Source of the DNA: the human T2T-CHM13v2.0 reference genome, Homo sapiens
Reading direction: 5' to 3' (one strand)
NCBI RefSeq assembly: GCF_009914755.1
Contig: NC_060929.1
Length of the DNA stretch: 64,000 nucleotides
In this document: positions 38,597 to 51,865 of the stretch, one piece after another
Layout: each line of letters opens with the position of its first letter
How positions within the stretch are numbered: position 1 is the stretch's first letter
Notes under the pieces: model-generated
The model's database searches: none
Seen by the model: the letters and a program-made list of their open reading frames with translations, nothing else
What the model was told of the DNA's origin: nothing
Made by a program: the position numbers and the translations under genes

Positions 38597-41057
38597 TCAA
38601 GGTACATATGTTGGGGAAGTGGGCAAGGAAAATAATCCTAGGAACAGCCATGGAAGCTCATGAAAATATTTAGAAGCAACATTTTAGAGCAATAATAGTA
38701 AATGATTGTTTGGGGTCTATTCCAAATTTTAAGTTTTAGGGAACAATCTCCTTCTTTATGATGCTAAATTCCTAAGTATTTTTCATATAAGACAAAAAAG
38801 ATATAAAAAATATTGAAAACTAAGTTTTGGTGGCTAGGAATGAAACTTATGTAGGTCCATGTTCGGTATTTGATAACACATAGATATGTACTTGGATATT
38901 ATGCTACAAATAGCTGAAATTTTTACATTTAATTTATATTTATGTTCAGAGTGATTACAGATAGTAATTTGTATTTTGATGGGAACACATGGAGTCTGCC
39001 TGACCATTGGTTAGTGTCAAGTGAAGCTATTTCATGGGACAAGATGGCAAGATAAGTCACTGATATCAGGAAAGTCATTAGAAAAAAATATATCAAGAGT
39101 TTATCTCTCAGCAAAACACTATATATTGTTTATATTTTAACATAGTCTTCCCTGCATGTTTCAGAGAAAAGTATTAATATGCTAGCTTTTAGAAACAAAC
39201 AGTTTTTGAATTACTAATAAATATTTTTTCCAACTCTGCCTAAGACATTTATTTTAAACTGAATAAAAATTTAAATTCACCCATTCTCTATTTTCTCTAC
39301 ATTTTAACAATAACCCAACTGCAAGTCACTCCAATTCCCATATAATTGTAACTTCTTTTTGAAAAGCTTAGAATTATATGAATCATGCTAAGCTCTTTTA
39401 TTATTGACTAAAAGGGCATATTCTAATCTTTTACTATCTTTGCTGGATGTAGGGTATAAATAGAAAAACCCTATTTCACCAGGGAAAGGCTATTACGTGT
39501 CCAAAAAGACTTTTTTTTTTTCCAGCTTAGGGAACATTCACATTTTAGATGCTGGCTAATATATGTTTCCTGAGCTGATGGACTGTAAGCTGGTTGTATT
39601 TGGCCCCTGTCATCTTCTTCCACCCCAATGATGCAAGCCAGAACAGAGACACAGTGTCAAGTCCTATGAACAAGAACACGATGTGGTAGTGTAAAGCAAA
39701 GAGACAGTGTGGAGTGGAGGAAAGGAGGAAACAGTGAGGAAAATTTTGAAGGAGAAGCAGCAGGGTGGGGGTATCAGGAAGGAGAGAGATTGAGGGTTCT
39801 GTGAATGTCATGGTCCAGGACTTGGGACTTGGCTCATTTTTTTTTGGTAGTTCTCAGTAGATTCCTTGATCTCTATGAGACTCGTTGCACAATTTGAACT
39901 ACATCTTCTCTAGAGCCCCTTTCATCTCTAGGATGCTAGGCTTCTCTTAAGCTTAATTGTGAATACTCTGAAAGGAGAATCTTTGCTTTCACTGAAGACA
40001 TAATATTTGGAGCGCTTCAATCTCAATTTTTTTGAGGTAGACAATTCTGTTATAGTACAAGCCTGTGTCTTTATCTAGAACATGGTAATTCTGTAGATCA
40101 AGGGCCTTCACCTTATGGTTTTTCCACATGGAATGATACATTTCAGTTCTTTATAGTCTCATAGCATGCTGTTTATCTGACCAAAGGCAGTTTTGTTGTT
40201 GTTGTTGTTTAACATATTTTCTGTAGCTTTCTCCCTGAAAATGATGTCTTCATATATCTTTGCTGTATTTGAATGCTTTTAACCTCAAATTAAGCTAGTT
40301 AATACGGTTATTTGATTCAAAAATCTGAATCAGAATCAGAGAATCCAAATGTGAATTATTCAGCAAAATCATGCAGGCTTTTCTTTGCACGGTAAAATAA
40401 GCAGAGGCAATATTTTCTTCAGAATCAGTGAGCAGTACACATATCCTTTAGGCAATGTACTGTTTGATTTTCAGTGCGGAAATGTGTGCTATGCTCTTTC
40501 TTTTAGAGGTTCAGTTTGTCAGCAGATTTTTGTGTCATTCTAATTTTTGCTTGTTTCTTTGGGAATCTAAAATTTCTCCATCTGTATATTTTAAATGATT
40601 GGGGGCCAAAATTTATAAACTGAAATAAACAGGGAAATTAACCTTGTTAATGAATGGTAGTAAGGGAAATGTGGCACTAATTTACAACAAATAAAAGAAT
40701 CAAAGAAAGGGAAGGAGTTCATTTTTGAGTGAGGATTCAGAAGTTTCCCTTTTAAAAAAAATGAGATAACCCATAAACAATACCAACACTTTAGCTACTT
40801 GTTAATTAGGCCATTGAACTTTCCTTTGAGATCCTAGAATCTGAAAAAATAATTAGCTTTGCAAGGCCATTAGTGAAGGAGAAAAACTTATATTGCCTAG
40901 AAACCAGATCAAGAATGATACAGAAAGCTACACTTCTTGCATGTGGCATTATTGAAGTGAATTGTAAGAATAAAATGACCTGGACACTTGTATGTTATAT
41001 GAAACAAAAACAAAAAATTGCTCAGCAACTTATTAGGAAAAACATTTAGTTATCCTC

Positions 41058-41509
41058 TGTATTCATTCCCTACTAGTATAACAAATCACCACAAACTTAT
41101 GGCATAAAATACACAAATATATTATCTTATAGTTCTGAAGTTAGAAGTCCAAAATCAGTCCCACTGGACCAAAGTCAGGGTGTTGGCAGGGCTTCTTTCC
41201 GGCTGGAGGATCTAGAAGTGGACAGGTTTCCTTGTGTTTACCCAGCTTGTAGAGATTTTCTGCATTCCTAAGCTCATGGCCACTTCCTTCCTCCATCAAC
41301 ACATCTCTTTCTCTTCTGACCTTCCGGTATCCTTCTTATAAGGATTTGTGATTACTGTGGGCCCATTCAGATAATCCAAGATACTCTCCTCATCTCAAGA
41401 CCCTTAATCACATCTTCTAAAGACCTCTTGCCCTGTAAGTTAACACATTCACAGATTCAGGGGATTTGGATTTGGACTTCACTAAAGGGCTATTATTCAG
41501 CCCACCACA
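41058..41509 (-). mobile_element. MLT1D/E-like solo LTR
   Basis: TG...CA termini (TATTCAGCCCACCACA); near-TSD TCCTC/TCCCC; CCCATTCAGATAATCCAAGATA. Confidence 0.85.
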
Positions 41510-42199
41510 TCCCCCTTGCTTCACTCAGCTGTTTAAACAGCAAGTACATAAATCTTAATGGAATAAGGGCTAATTTTTAAATTTATTTAATAAAATTTTT
41601 TTTAATTTTTGTGGGAAAATGGGTCCATCAATAGAGAACTGATTATGTTCATGAAGAAAATATATGCTGTTTATGCAAATATTGTTTATATCAAGGTTTG
41701 TTTCTAATCCTTAAAACAGATTAAAAGTATCAGAAAAGACATGACCAAAGAAGGAAATAGTGAGGCACTGCTTCCCATGTTTATTTTATTTCATTAAAAA
41801 ATTTAATCGACAAATAAAAGCTGCATCTATTCAAGGTGCAAAACATGATAAATCAAGGACTTCCACAATCATTACAGATGAATATTGGGATATTGCCAAT
41901 GTGAAGATCTGCCTTATCCTTGAAAAGAAGGAAATGAAACTGGTACTAAACTAGAATGTCATTTTGGAAAATTGGACAGGCAATTACGCCAGAGGAAAAT
42001 TTGTATTGTGATGAAGTACTTTTTGTTCCCATGAGAGAAATTAACATTTAAATGGCTACTATTAAGCAATCTCACAAAAATTAAGATGAAGTGTCATAGA
42101 ACACCTGAGTGAATACTTTTTACTTTTGCTGTTCTGTTACCTGCAGGAATAAGTTTATAGTTGTAAGAACAAATCTTTAGTATGAACTGCCTTGAGCCA

Positions 42200-42830
42200 C
42201 AGTGAAGAGAGAGGAATCATTTGTATTTGGGAATAGTGGCTGGAGTTGAGGATACATACAAGAAAAAGCTAGAGATGGAACCTGAAGCCATAGCATGGGA
42301 CCTATAAATACTAGACTAGAAAAGAATTCTTAGTTGAATAGGAAATGGTAGGGTGGTGACTGGGGATTTTAAGCAAGATTGGGATATTTTAGGAAGATTC
42401 ATCTGACCATTCTTTTAGAGGCAGGTTGATTAGGAAAATAAGTTAATGAAAAAGTGAGCAAATTGTAGCTGAGATAATGCTGGAAGAAGGGAAGGAACAG
42501 ATTTGAGGCTGTGCAAAGGAAACACCTTTGTGATTTATCAGCTGATTTGCTGTGGGTCGAAGGGGTGAATCAAAGAGGAAAACAAGGTTTCCAAAGTTCA
42601 AGCTTTTGTAACTGATGTTGGCATTATCAAGAAGTGATATGTCATGAGGAGAAACATTTGTATGGTTGAGGTGAGGCACGTGAAGTTTCAGTTTGGAAGT
42701 ATTGAGTGTGGGGTGACTACAGACATGACAATGGTGATGTCAAGTGAGCTAGACAGAAAGCTCAGGAAGACAGGTCAAGGCTAGAAAGAAAATATGAGTC
42801 AACTAACTTAGAGGTTATATGCTTATGTGA
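42200..42830 (-). mobile_element. L2 fragments
   Basis: GGATTTTAAGCAAGA...TTTCAGTTTGGAAGTATTGAGTGTGGGGTG...GCTCAGGAAGACAGGTCAAGGCTAGA. Confidence 0.55.
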
Positions 42831-42977
42831 CTGAACATGAGAGTGGCAGTAAGGTCGACTCTTATTCATTTTATCGTCAAATAGCTTTTTTGTACGTAGG
42901 TCATTTTGCCACTGCCACTATGTGAAAATAGAATGAAAAAGACATTCTTGAGGCATTATTACTTAAAGACAGTTTTT

Positions 42978-43305
<328 letters not shown>

Positions 43306-44596
43306 TCAGAAATACTGTATGGTATATAACTATTATGAGGGAAGTGTAAGAGAAGGAATTTAAATGACTGAGAGCATCTGAAATTATTCCAGGATCACCC
43401 TTCCATGAATCCATATATTTTCTCAAGATTTGGGGATTTACTCAACATGTTCCTGACAGTTTGCAAGTTTGCAAAATTATAACACAAAAGACTGTATTAT
43501 CAACTAGTACTTTCCTTAGCTCTATAGTGTTCTGTACATCATTAAACATGCAACAAACGATGTTTCCTTGCCTGAAGTGTATATTTTTTCTCTTTGCTTT
43601 TACTGAATTATCTTTTTTGTACCTTCAGCCTACTTTGAGAAATGAGGATTTACTGGAGGAATTTCTCTCTGTTCTCAGGGCTAGGAATATGTGATTCTCA
43701 TGAACATGGTTTATTATTTTATGACCCAAATATTGAATATTATATAGCTTTACACCATGTATATCTCTTTGCATTAGCTACAGAAAAGCCTAGAGACAAA
43801 TTTATGCCCACTTTTATAAGTTTTAAAGCTTGAAAATATGTGATTTAGATAATAATTTAAATTTGAATTCCTGGCTTCATTCTTCTTATATACTTTTCCT
43901 CCTGGTCTGCAATTCTTTTTTGTTATTTTTCTGTTTAAAAATAAAGTTATCTTTTTCATATACATTTTTGTAAACCACTTAGAATTGTACATGGAACCAG
44001 TTATGTACACGTCTGCATTTTGGTTATATCTGCATACAGGCACATGAACACTGGGAATACAGGAATGATGTATTGGTTTCCTATTGCGGCTATAACCGGG
44101 TACCACAAGCTTAATGGCTTAAAAAAACACAAATGTATAGTTGTTCCCCCTTATCCATGGTTGCACTTTCTATAGTTTCAGTTACCTGTGGTCCACCATG
44201 GTTAAAAAAGTGTAAATGGAAAATTCCAGAAATAAACAATTCATACATTTAAAATTGCATCCCATTCTGAGTAGTGTGATGGAATCTCACACTGTTCCAC
44301 TCCATCCTGTCTAGGACATGAGTCATCCCTTTGTCCATACTATCCACACTGCATACACTACCCTCCTGTTAGTAATATAGTGGCTACTGTGGTTATCAGA
44401 TCAACTGTCCCAATATCGCAGTGCTTGCATTTGAGTAACTCTTACTTAACTTAATAATCTAATGGTACCAAAGCACAAGAGTATTGATGCTGACATATTT
44501 TTATAATTGTTCTATTTTATTATTATTGTTCATCTCTTACTACGCTCAACTTATAAATTAAAATTTATCATCAATATGTACAGGAAAAATATAGTA

Positions 44597-45730
44597 CAGC
44601 CAGCCCTCCATATTTGTGCATTCCACATCCATGACTCCAACCAACCATGAACTGAAAATATCCAGAAAAACATGCATCTGCACTGAACATGTACAGACTT
44701 TTTACCGTTATCATTATTCTCTAAACAATACCGTATAACAACTATTTACATAGCATTTACATTGTATTAGGTATTATAAGTAATCTAGAGATAATTTAAA
44801 GTATCCAGGAGGATCTGCGTAAGTTATATGCGAATACTATGCCATTTTATACCAGGGACTTGAGCCTGTACAGATTTCAGTGTCTGTACATCATTAAACA
44901 TGCAACTCTGTTTCTTCAGGTTTTGGAATCAACTTAATTTTGGAACAGGACCTGGGATTGACAGAAGCAGTCTTTATCACTTCTTTTGAGGCAGCCTAGA
45001 GATCCACAGGCCTCAGTTGGAATGCCAACTTAGGTTATGGGGTGCCACAGTTAGTAGGCTATCAGGCCAAGTAAGTGAGCAGCTCTAGGAAGTGTATAGT
45101 GTCTTTTTTTCTGGCTGTGGCTTAGCTGAACATTCTTACCTGACCCCCATATCCACACTGGTTCATAGGAAAAAGGTAAAGGATCTTCTTAATGGAGGCC
45201 ATTTTCAGGCCTGTTTGAATTTAGCAGCTCATATAGGAGGGGAGTATTAATTAATGAAAGGGCAATGTCTGCAGGAATAGCACTGCCAAATAAAACCGTT
45301 ATCTGGCTTTCTGGGGGATCAGAAGTCATCATAGCAAGATATCATTGTTCAAATTGGTGACCAGGAGTTGCAATCCTACTTTTGCCCTTGGCTGGCTGCA
45401 TGCATTAGGGAAGATTTTACTGCCATGTGGGCTCCTGGGTCAAAAAAGACAGTGATGCTATCCACTTGTTTTAGAGGCCCAGTTCTGCCCACTGGGAAAC
45501 ATTTGTTACAGATTATCACAATGTGTTACTGGTAATATATTACTGAATATATTGCAATATGTTACTGATAATATGTTACTGAAGATATTGGTGTGGCAGT
45601 TTTTACTTAAAAAGAGAAATCCTTAAGCTTATGTTTAATAAGAAAATGTGATAGAATCTTTATTGACCCTAACTTTCATGAGACACATACAGATACATGC
45701 TAATCCCTCATAGATACCAAAGGATGACTG
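44597..45730 (-). mobile_element. MER2, split by an ~820-bp insertion (pieces 44597-44885 and 45700-45730)
   Basis: CAGCCAGCCCTCCATAT...CATTTACATTGTATTAGGTATTATAAGTAATCTAGAGA...; the terminal piece AATCCCTCATAGATACCAAAGGATGACTG is at 45702-45730. Confidence 0.85.
45519..45590. repeat. Degenerate ~14-bp tandem repeat (AATATGTTACTGAT-like)
   Basis: AATGTGTTACTGGT AATATATTACTG...AATATGTTACTGAT AATATGTTACTGA. Confidence 0.8.
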
Positions 45731-46247
45731 TCTATATAGGGTTTTGTACTATCCATGGTTTCAGGCATCCACTGGGGAGTCTTGGAACATATTTCCCTCA
45801 GATAAGGGACAACTACTGTATTATCTTATGTTCTTGGGGTTAGATGTCTAAAATGAATCTATTAGGCTGCATTCGTTCTGGAGGTTCCAGGAAGAATCTC
45901 CTGTCTTGTGTTTTCCAGTGTCCAGAAACTGCCTGCAACCTTTGGTTCATGGCCTCTTCCTCCATCTTCAAACCCAGAATCTTCTCTCTTTAACTTTCTG
46001 TCGCCCACTTAAAAAGACTTATGTGATTACATTGAGCCCACTCAGAAAATCCAGAATAACTCTCCATCTCAAGATCCTTAACTAAATTATATCTGCAAAT
46101 TTCCTTCTCCCAAATAAGACCACATATTCATAGGTTCCAGGAAATAGGATGTATACATCCTTGGGGTATTTTTCAGCCTGCAACAGATAATAACTTCTTC
46201 TCTGAGAGAACTGGCTCAAGCTGACATTAGTTAAGCTAATACAGTTG

Positions 46248-46735
46248 ATCATTCATTCATTTAGTTGGCATACTTACCAGACTGTTATTGAGTATCTACT
46301 ATGAGCTAGGCATTCTTCTAGGAGCTCAGAAAATGGGAATACCATAGTGAATACATTCACTAAGTTCCGTGTTCTCTAAGGGCTTAGATTCTATGTATAA
46401 ATAAAATCCCAGGCACATGGAAAAAACGTAGATATAGAAAGTGTTCACCTTTCAGAGATGGACGCATAGTTCAATATGGCAGTAGCATAGAATACAAAGA
46501 AATGAAGTTATTGTGAGCTATGCTAGAAAGGTTATACTTAATCTGCAGGAAATAATTTTAAAAGAAAAGCAGGTGACATGATTAGATATGTAATTTATGA
46601 AGATGCCTGTGGGTGAAATGTGAATTAGAGGGAAACAAGACTGGAATTAGAAAGACCAATTAGGAGATGCTGCTTTAATCCAGGTGATAAGTGATGACAG
46701 TCTGAATTAGGTTAATAGCACTGGATGCTATTGGA
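46248..46735 (-). mobile_element. L2 fragments
   Basis: TTTATTGAGTATCTACTATGAGCTAGGCATT...GAAAGACCAATTAGGAGATGCTG...AATCCAGGTGATAAGTGATG. Confidence 0.7.
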
Positions 46736-46884
46736 GGCAGGAAGTACCATAATTCAAGGCAGCACAAAGAAGTTGAAAAATATCATCATGACATTTGTAG
46801 AGTGACCTATGGAGACAAAGTTGATAGGAAAGAGTGAAAGACAAAAGGGATCAAAGACAAATACCCAAACAACACATAGATTGG

Positions 46885-47059
46885 CTCAGCATTTAGATAC
46901 ACTAGTATCCTTTCTAGTCACTACTGTATTATTTCGTATTCTTCAGTTTATGAAGCTTTAGACTTAGGCCATTGAAAATTTATGAGCTAAGTCCCTGAAT
47001 AGACTTGCTAAAGTTTTATTTGGTTTATTATCTCACTTTATTCCAGATTTCCTTCTCTA
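46885..47059 (+). repeat. Copy 1 of a ~165-bp direct duplication (partner 48369-48530)
   Basis: The first 50 bp are identical: CTCAGCATTTAGATACACTAGTATCCTTTCTAGTCACTACTGTATTATTT. Confidence 0.97.
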
Positions 47060-47236
47060 GGAATAGATTAGCAATAGTTACTTCTAAATGTCTCCCATTT
47101 TAGGTATAATTAATAAAAATACTAACAACTGGTTTTGCTATGACTGATTATGGCTTGTGAGTCCTGTTGCTGTCTGTACTGCCCTTTGTTCTATAGCTGT
47201 CTCTAATTCTGATTCTCTTTCTATGTGTCTCTCTCT

Positions 47237-47250
47237 CACACACAAACACA

Positions 47251-47287
<37 letters not shown>
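47237..47287. repeat. Interrupted (CA)n microsatellite
   Basis: Direct reading. Confidence 0.95.
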
Positions 47288-47290
<3 letters not shown>

Positions 47291-48368
47291 TGCAGTTAAT
47301 TCTTAGAGCCAGCTCTCTTAATCAAATGGAAGTAAAAGGGAGGACAGACTCTTATCAATAACTTTAATTTTGAAATAAATTTATAGGTAACAGGGTATCC
47401 TCTTGGCCCATCCAGTTGTCCAGCCCATTGACCACTAACACAGTCCCTTGGAGGAGGGTAGAAGCCTTTGCCTATTTAACAACATCTCTCCAGCAACGTT
47501 ACCAACTTTGATACAAGCCCAGTTACCCTCCAAATAGAGTTGAAAAAAAGAAAAACTTTCCATTTTAAAACCTCAAAGTCATTTCACTCGGTGACCTAGA
47601 GCTCAAGGACTTTTTCCTTTGCTAAGAACTCCAACCACCCAGCTCCCCAGTGAATAATGAAGACAATGTAATCATCTTTGTTTCTTTTAGTGGTTAATTG
47701 GGAGCAGGATCATTTTATCCATCTTCGTGAGTTGAAGCCCTTCTAGAAATGATTGTGGTTTGTTTTGCCCACCCACAAGATACCAAAATAACCTGCTATC
47801 TTCGCAAAATGTGCATCTATTCCCCAAATCATATTTTATGCCAAGTTTTAAAAGAGAGGGAACCATGCCAGAATTCATTTTAAACCAAGTTTTATTTGCT
47901 ATTTCTAGTGCTAGTGCATGGTAGACAGCTGGAGGATAGTTCCATTTAAGTTGATTTCTTCCTTGACACTGTTTCTTTTCAGATATGAATTAGATAGAAT
48001 AGGGCTAAAAATGAAGGTAACTAATTGTGGACTAAAAACAACAACAACAGAAGTAATTGCAAGTAAAGAAAACCCAGTAAACGTTTCAGTAATAATTTGC
48101 TTGGTGGGGGAGTGGACATTTTTTTGCTTGTGCTTAGGAACTATTAATTATATGAATGTTAGCAAATCACACCTAATAAATTTTGGCCTATATGAATGTG
48201 GCATCAATTGAGATACAAGGCAAAAAATAAGAAGACCCAATCCACCTAGAGAGGAGGTAGCTTAATATTGGCATAAATTGCATTTAATATAATGAGCCTA
48301 ATCTAAACATTAGTGCAGTTCATCCTACATGTAAGATGCACTCAAGATATACTAAAGAAATAATATGA

Positions 48369-48530
48369 CTCAGCATTTAGATACACTAGTATCCTTTCTA
48401 GTCACTACTGTATTATTTTGTATTCTTCAGTTTATGAAACCTTGGACTTAGACCATCAAAAATTTGTGAGCTGAGTCCCTGAATGTACTTGCTAAAATTT
48501 TATTTGGTTTATTCAACATTTCCTTCTCTA
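48369..48530 (+). repeat. Copy 2 of the ~165-bp direct duplication (partner 46885-47059)
   Basis: Colinear with 46885-47059. Confidence 0.97.
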
Positions 48531-49539
48531 TCAACCTCCATTAACCATCTTAGACACTAGATGAATATGATATTTCCAACATATGAACTATTTTAATTAA
48601 TTCTGGTAAATGCTTTAGAGAGGCCAAAATGTTTGTTTCTATATAATACCAAAAATCATTTTACTTGGTGCCAAGAGGTATGGATGTTTAATAACCTGTT
48701 TATTGTTCTAATGGTTTCTCCAGAGCACCCATAAAGAAGGAATCTCATAAAGATGTTGTTGACTGTTGACTTTTCCCCACTCACTTCTTTTCCATCTTCT
48801 ACATAGGAGATGCTCCTCATAGCTCAAGCCTGGCTGGCTGAAGGTTTTTGACCCAAGAGCATGTTGTTTATGGCAGCCATGTGTACCATGGCATAACCTT
48901 ACCTCTCCCTGTCTTACTGTTTAATATAAGTAGTAGCATTTCCAGGACCCAGAATAGGTCAAAGACAACTCTAAATTGCATACTTAAATTTTTGACAATG
49001 AGTTGACCTCCATCAGATCTGTAGACAATCTTCTCTTCTGATTCTATTCAGGGCATAGTCTATCCCACTTTTTGAAAGCCAACTGTTTTATGCCACTAAA
49101 TTATGAAGCCTTTACATAAAGTAACAATCTGCTCAAAAGGTTTAGCTCCTCAACTCTCCTAAGAACATGTCAATTCTACTGTCTTCTCAGGCCATAGGTT
49201 CTACAGAAAGACCAGGAAAGATTTGTGTTCTTTATCACTTTGCAATCCATTTTAATTACTTTGTGTGACTTATTGATATTTCTTTGGCCTTTGAATCTGT
49301 GAATAGGAGTTGATTACAGATTAAACTCCATAAAGATATTGCGTATCTTAGATTATTAATACTGACACCTTAATACTACTTAGAAAATCAGTAGAAATGG
49401 TCTCTTGATGGATCCAATCGTGATTTCTGTGAAGTCAAACATGTATTTGATTTGTTTTTGCCTTTTTTGTAATTTTTACCTTAATAATTTGTTAACACTT
49501 GGTAGTGAGTTGGATATACATCCTCCATAATAGGGACTA

Positions 49540-49800
49540 GAAATAGCTGACATTTGTTGACCTTTTACTCTGTGCCAGGTATTAGGCTAAGCATCTCCAA
49601 GTTTATTCTCATTTAATCCCCACAGAAGCTCTATGAAGTTGATGCCATTTTTATTTCCATTTTTCCAAATAGAAAGCTGAAGCCTAGAGAGATAGAAGTA
49701 ACTTTTCACAGGTAGCATGGCTACTATGAGACGAGACCAGAATTCGAGTCAGAAAATCTGACTCCAGAACCTGAACTCTTAATTATTACTATATACTACC
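49540..49800 (-). mobile_element. MIR/MIRb, near full length
   Basis: AATAGCTGACATTTGTTGACCTTTTACTCTGTGCCAGG...CTCATTTAATCCCCACAG...TCTGACTCCAGAACCTGAACTCTTAA. Confidence 0.85.
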
Positions 49801-50856
49801 TCTTATGCGAAGATAATATTGTTTTCTTAATTTAGATTTGGTATGGACAACTTATCCTGCTCCCTGGTGCCAACACAATATTTCACAACAGACAATAAAA
49901 CTAAAGGTAATTTTCACAATGAATTCCTAACTTTTAACTGGCTTAAGGATGAGATCCTACAGCAATTTAAATATTTCAGTTATGTAGATGTCTATTTTGT
50001 AACCAGATAATTTAGAGGGCATCCCATGAAGTAATTCTGCTCAAGATAATTTTATTTTTATTTTTATTTTATTTACTGTAGATGTTTTGTTGAAGAAAAA
50101 AAAGTGTATGGCCCAGGTTAATTTCTGGTTGTGACCGTTCCAAAATTTGGATTGTGGGGGTGGTTAAAATCAGTGTTGCCATGCCTGATGGTGAAGACAA
50201 TGAGGCTTGACTATCCATTTGTCTAGTGGGAGAGCAGATCCAAAATTATTTCTTAAAGAGAATCATGGCCTTTCCTCCTTCCATTCATTCCCTTGACACA
50301 AGTTAAGTGGGGTGGAAATGTCCTCTGTTCAGGCCGTTATTCCTGACAGCCTCCTCAACTTCTCCTCAAAGCCCTGAGAGGATGCAACTCTTCTCCTTGT
50401 TCAGATGACTATTAAAGTACACTGCTTAGTGTTAAGTGGTATAATAGACAAACTGTACTCCAGATCAAATTCTTGTCTAATATTCTGTCACTCAATATTT
50501 AGCAAAAGCCCAATGTGTGAAGCAATACTTAGGGGAGATATCTCGAAGTTTATATGGCTCACTAATTCCTCTAAACTACTTTACAATTTATACCTAGAGT
50601 TATGCATACTGGCATCCATCCAAACTGCCTCCTCCTATAAGAATTACTTTTTAAAATGTATACCCTTCTCTAGAGGCAGAAATAAGGTTATTGAGAAGCA
50701 ACAGGAAAAGCTATATAGACCTGAATGACCCAGTTCTTGGCATTAGAAATAGGTACTTCTAGTTAAGAATTCTATAGCCATTTGAGATGGTCTTAATGTT
50801 TTCTAATTTTAAAATATTATTTTTAAAACTGAAACAATGGTAACTGAATTCATTCC

Positions 50857-51340
50857 TGTTTCAGTTATTTATTAGTGTGTAACAAACTATACCAAAACTA
50901 AGTTTTAGGCTTAAAATATTTTATTACTTCTCATGGTTTCCTATGTAAAAAAACTGGACAGGACATGGTGTGGAGAATTCATCTCTCTCCACATGATGTC
51001 TGCTGGAGTGGAATGTGCAAAATGGCTTCTGTACTCACATGTCTGATATCTCAACTGGGGTGGCTTAGACAGCTAGTGTTGGCTGCAATAACCTAACTGG
51101 GGTTGTATGTTTGGGGCCACAGATTTCTGTCAGCTGGATTCTTTAATTTTCCTCCATGCAGTCTCTAGGTCTTTCTGTCTCTCTGTATCTTTTCACATAG
51201 TCTCTCCAACAGGGCAATCCAGCTTCTTACGCAGCAGCTTAGGCCTCTGGAAAGTAAAAAACTTGAAACTGTCAGGTCTACTTTCTGCTTAGGCTGAGAA
51301 ATGGCACAAGGTTCTTTGCTGCCTTTGTAGTTAAAGAAAA
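50857..51340 (-). mobile_element. MLT1G/H-like LTR
   Basis: TCAGTTATTTATTAGTGTGTAACAAACTATACCAAAAC...AAAATGGCTTCTGTACTCACATGTCTG. Confidence 0.65.
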
Positions 51341-51715
51341 AAAAAGCAGACTATAGAAAGGCATGAAAGATGAAAGCAGGATGTATAGTTAGGTGGAGAT
51401 CATTAATATTTCTTATTACTATAGTTCTATTAGTTTATAATATGGTGATATAACTAATAAGATTTGTAATAACTAATAAATCCAGTTACCACATTTAAAA
51501 AGTATAGCAATTGATCATAAGATAAGAGGCTATCATTGATGATAGCTTACAGAAGATTTTCATGTTTCGTGATAAGTTGCTCTTAAGCCACTTTTGTATG
51601 TGCTTATTACTAAGAACTGTATATTTAAGTCACCAAAAACACATACATTATGATAGTTCACACAATTTCCAGTAAAAAAAAAAAATGGATAAATTGCTTT
51701 ATTTCTTTCAAGCCA

Positions 51716-51865
51716 CTAGTTCATTTTTAGAATGAGGTCCACAGTGCACCTACATCAGAATTTCCCATAGGGCTACTAAAAGTACAGATTCCCACACCCA
51801 CTCTTGTCTTACTGAATCTAGTCTTTAGGCTGTGGGGGAATGTATAATGAAGTTTCTTCTGCATT
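51716..51865. mobile_element. MER5A-like fragment
   Basis: CACCTACATCAGAATTTCCC...TAAAAGTACAGATTCCCACACCC...TACTGAATC. Confidence 0.55.

Larger units (their letters stand above)
44138..45818 (+). mobile_element. MER44B (Tigger7-derived), split by MER2 (pieces 44138-44596 and 45731-45818)
   Basis: TIR-like ends TAGTTGTTCCCCCTTATCCATGG / CAGATAAGGGACAACTACTG; internal AAATGGAAAATTCCAGAAATAAACAATTCATA; TA flanks. Confidence 0.85.
44069..46185 (-). mobile_element. MLT1D/E-like LTR split by nested insertions (pieces 44069-44137 and 45819-46185)
   Basis: ...GGCTTAAAAAAACACAAATGTA | TTATCTTATGTTCT... rejoins as in the intact paralogue at 62086-62560 (CACAAATGTATTATCTTACAGTTCT). Confidence 0.85.
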
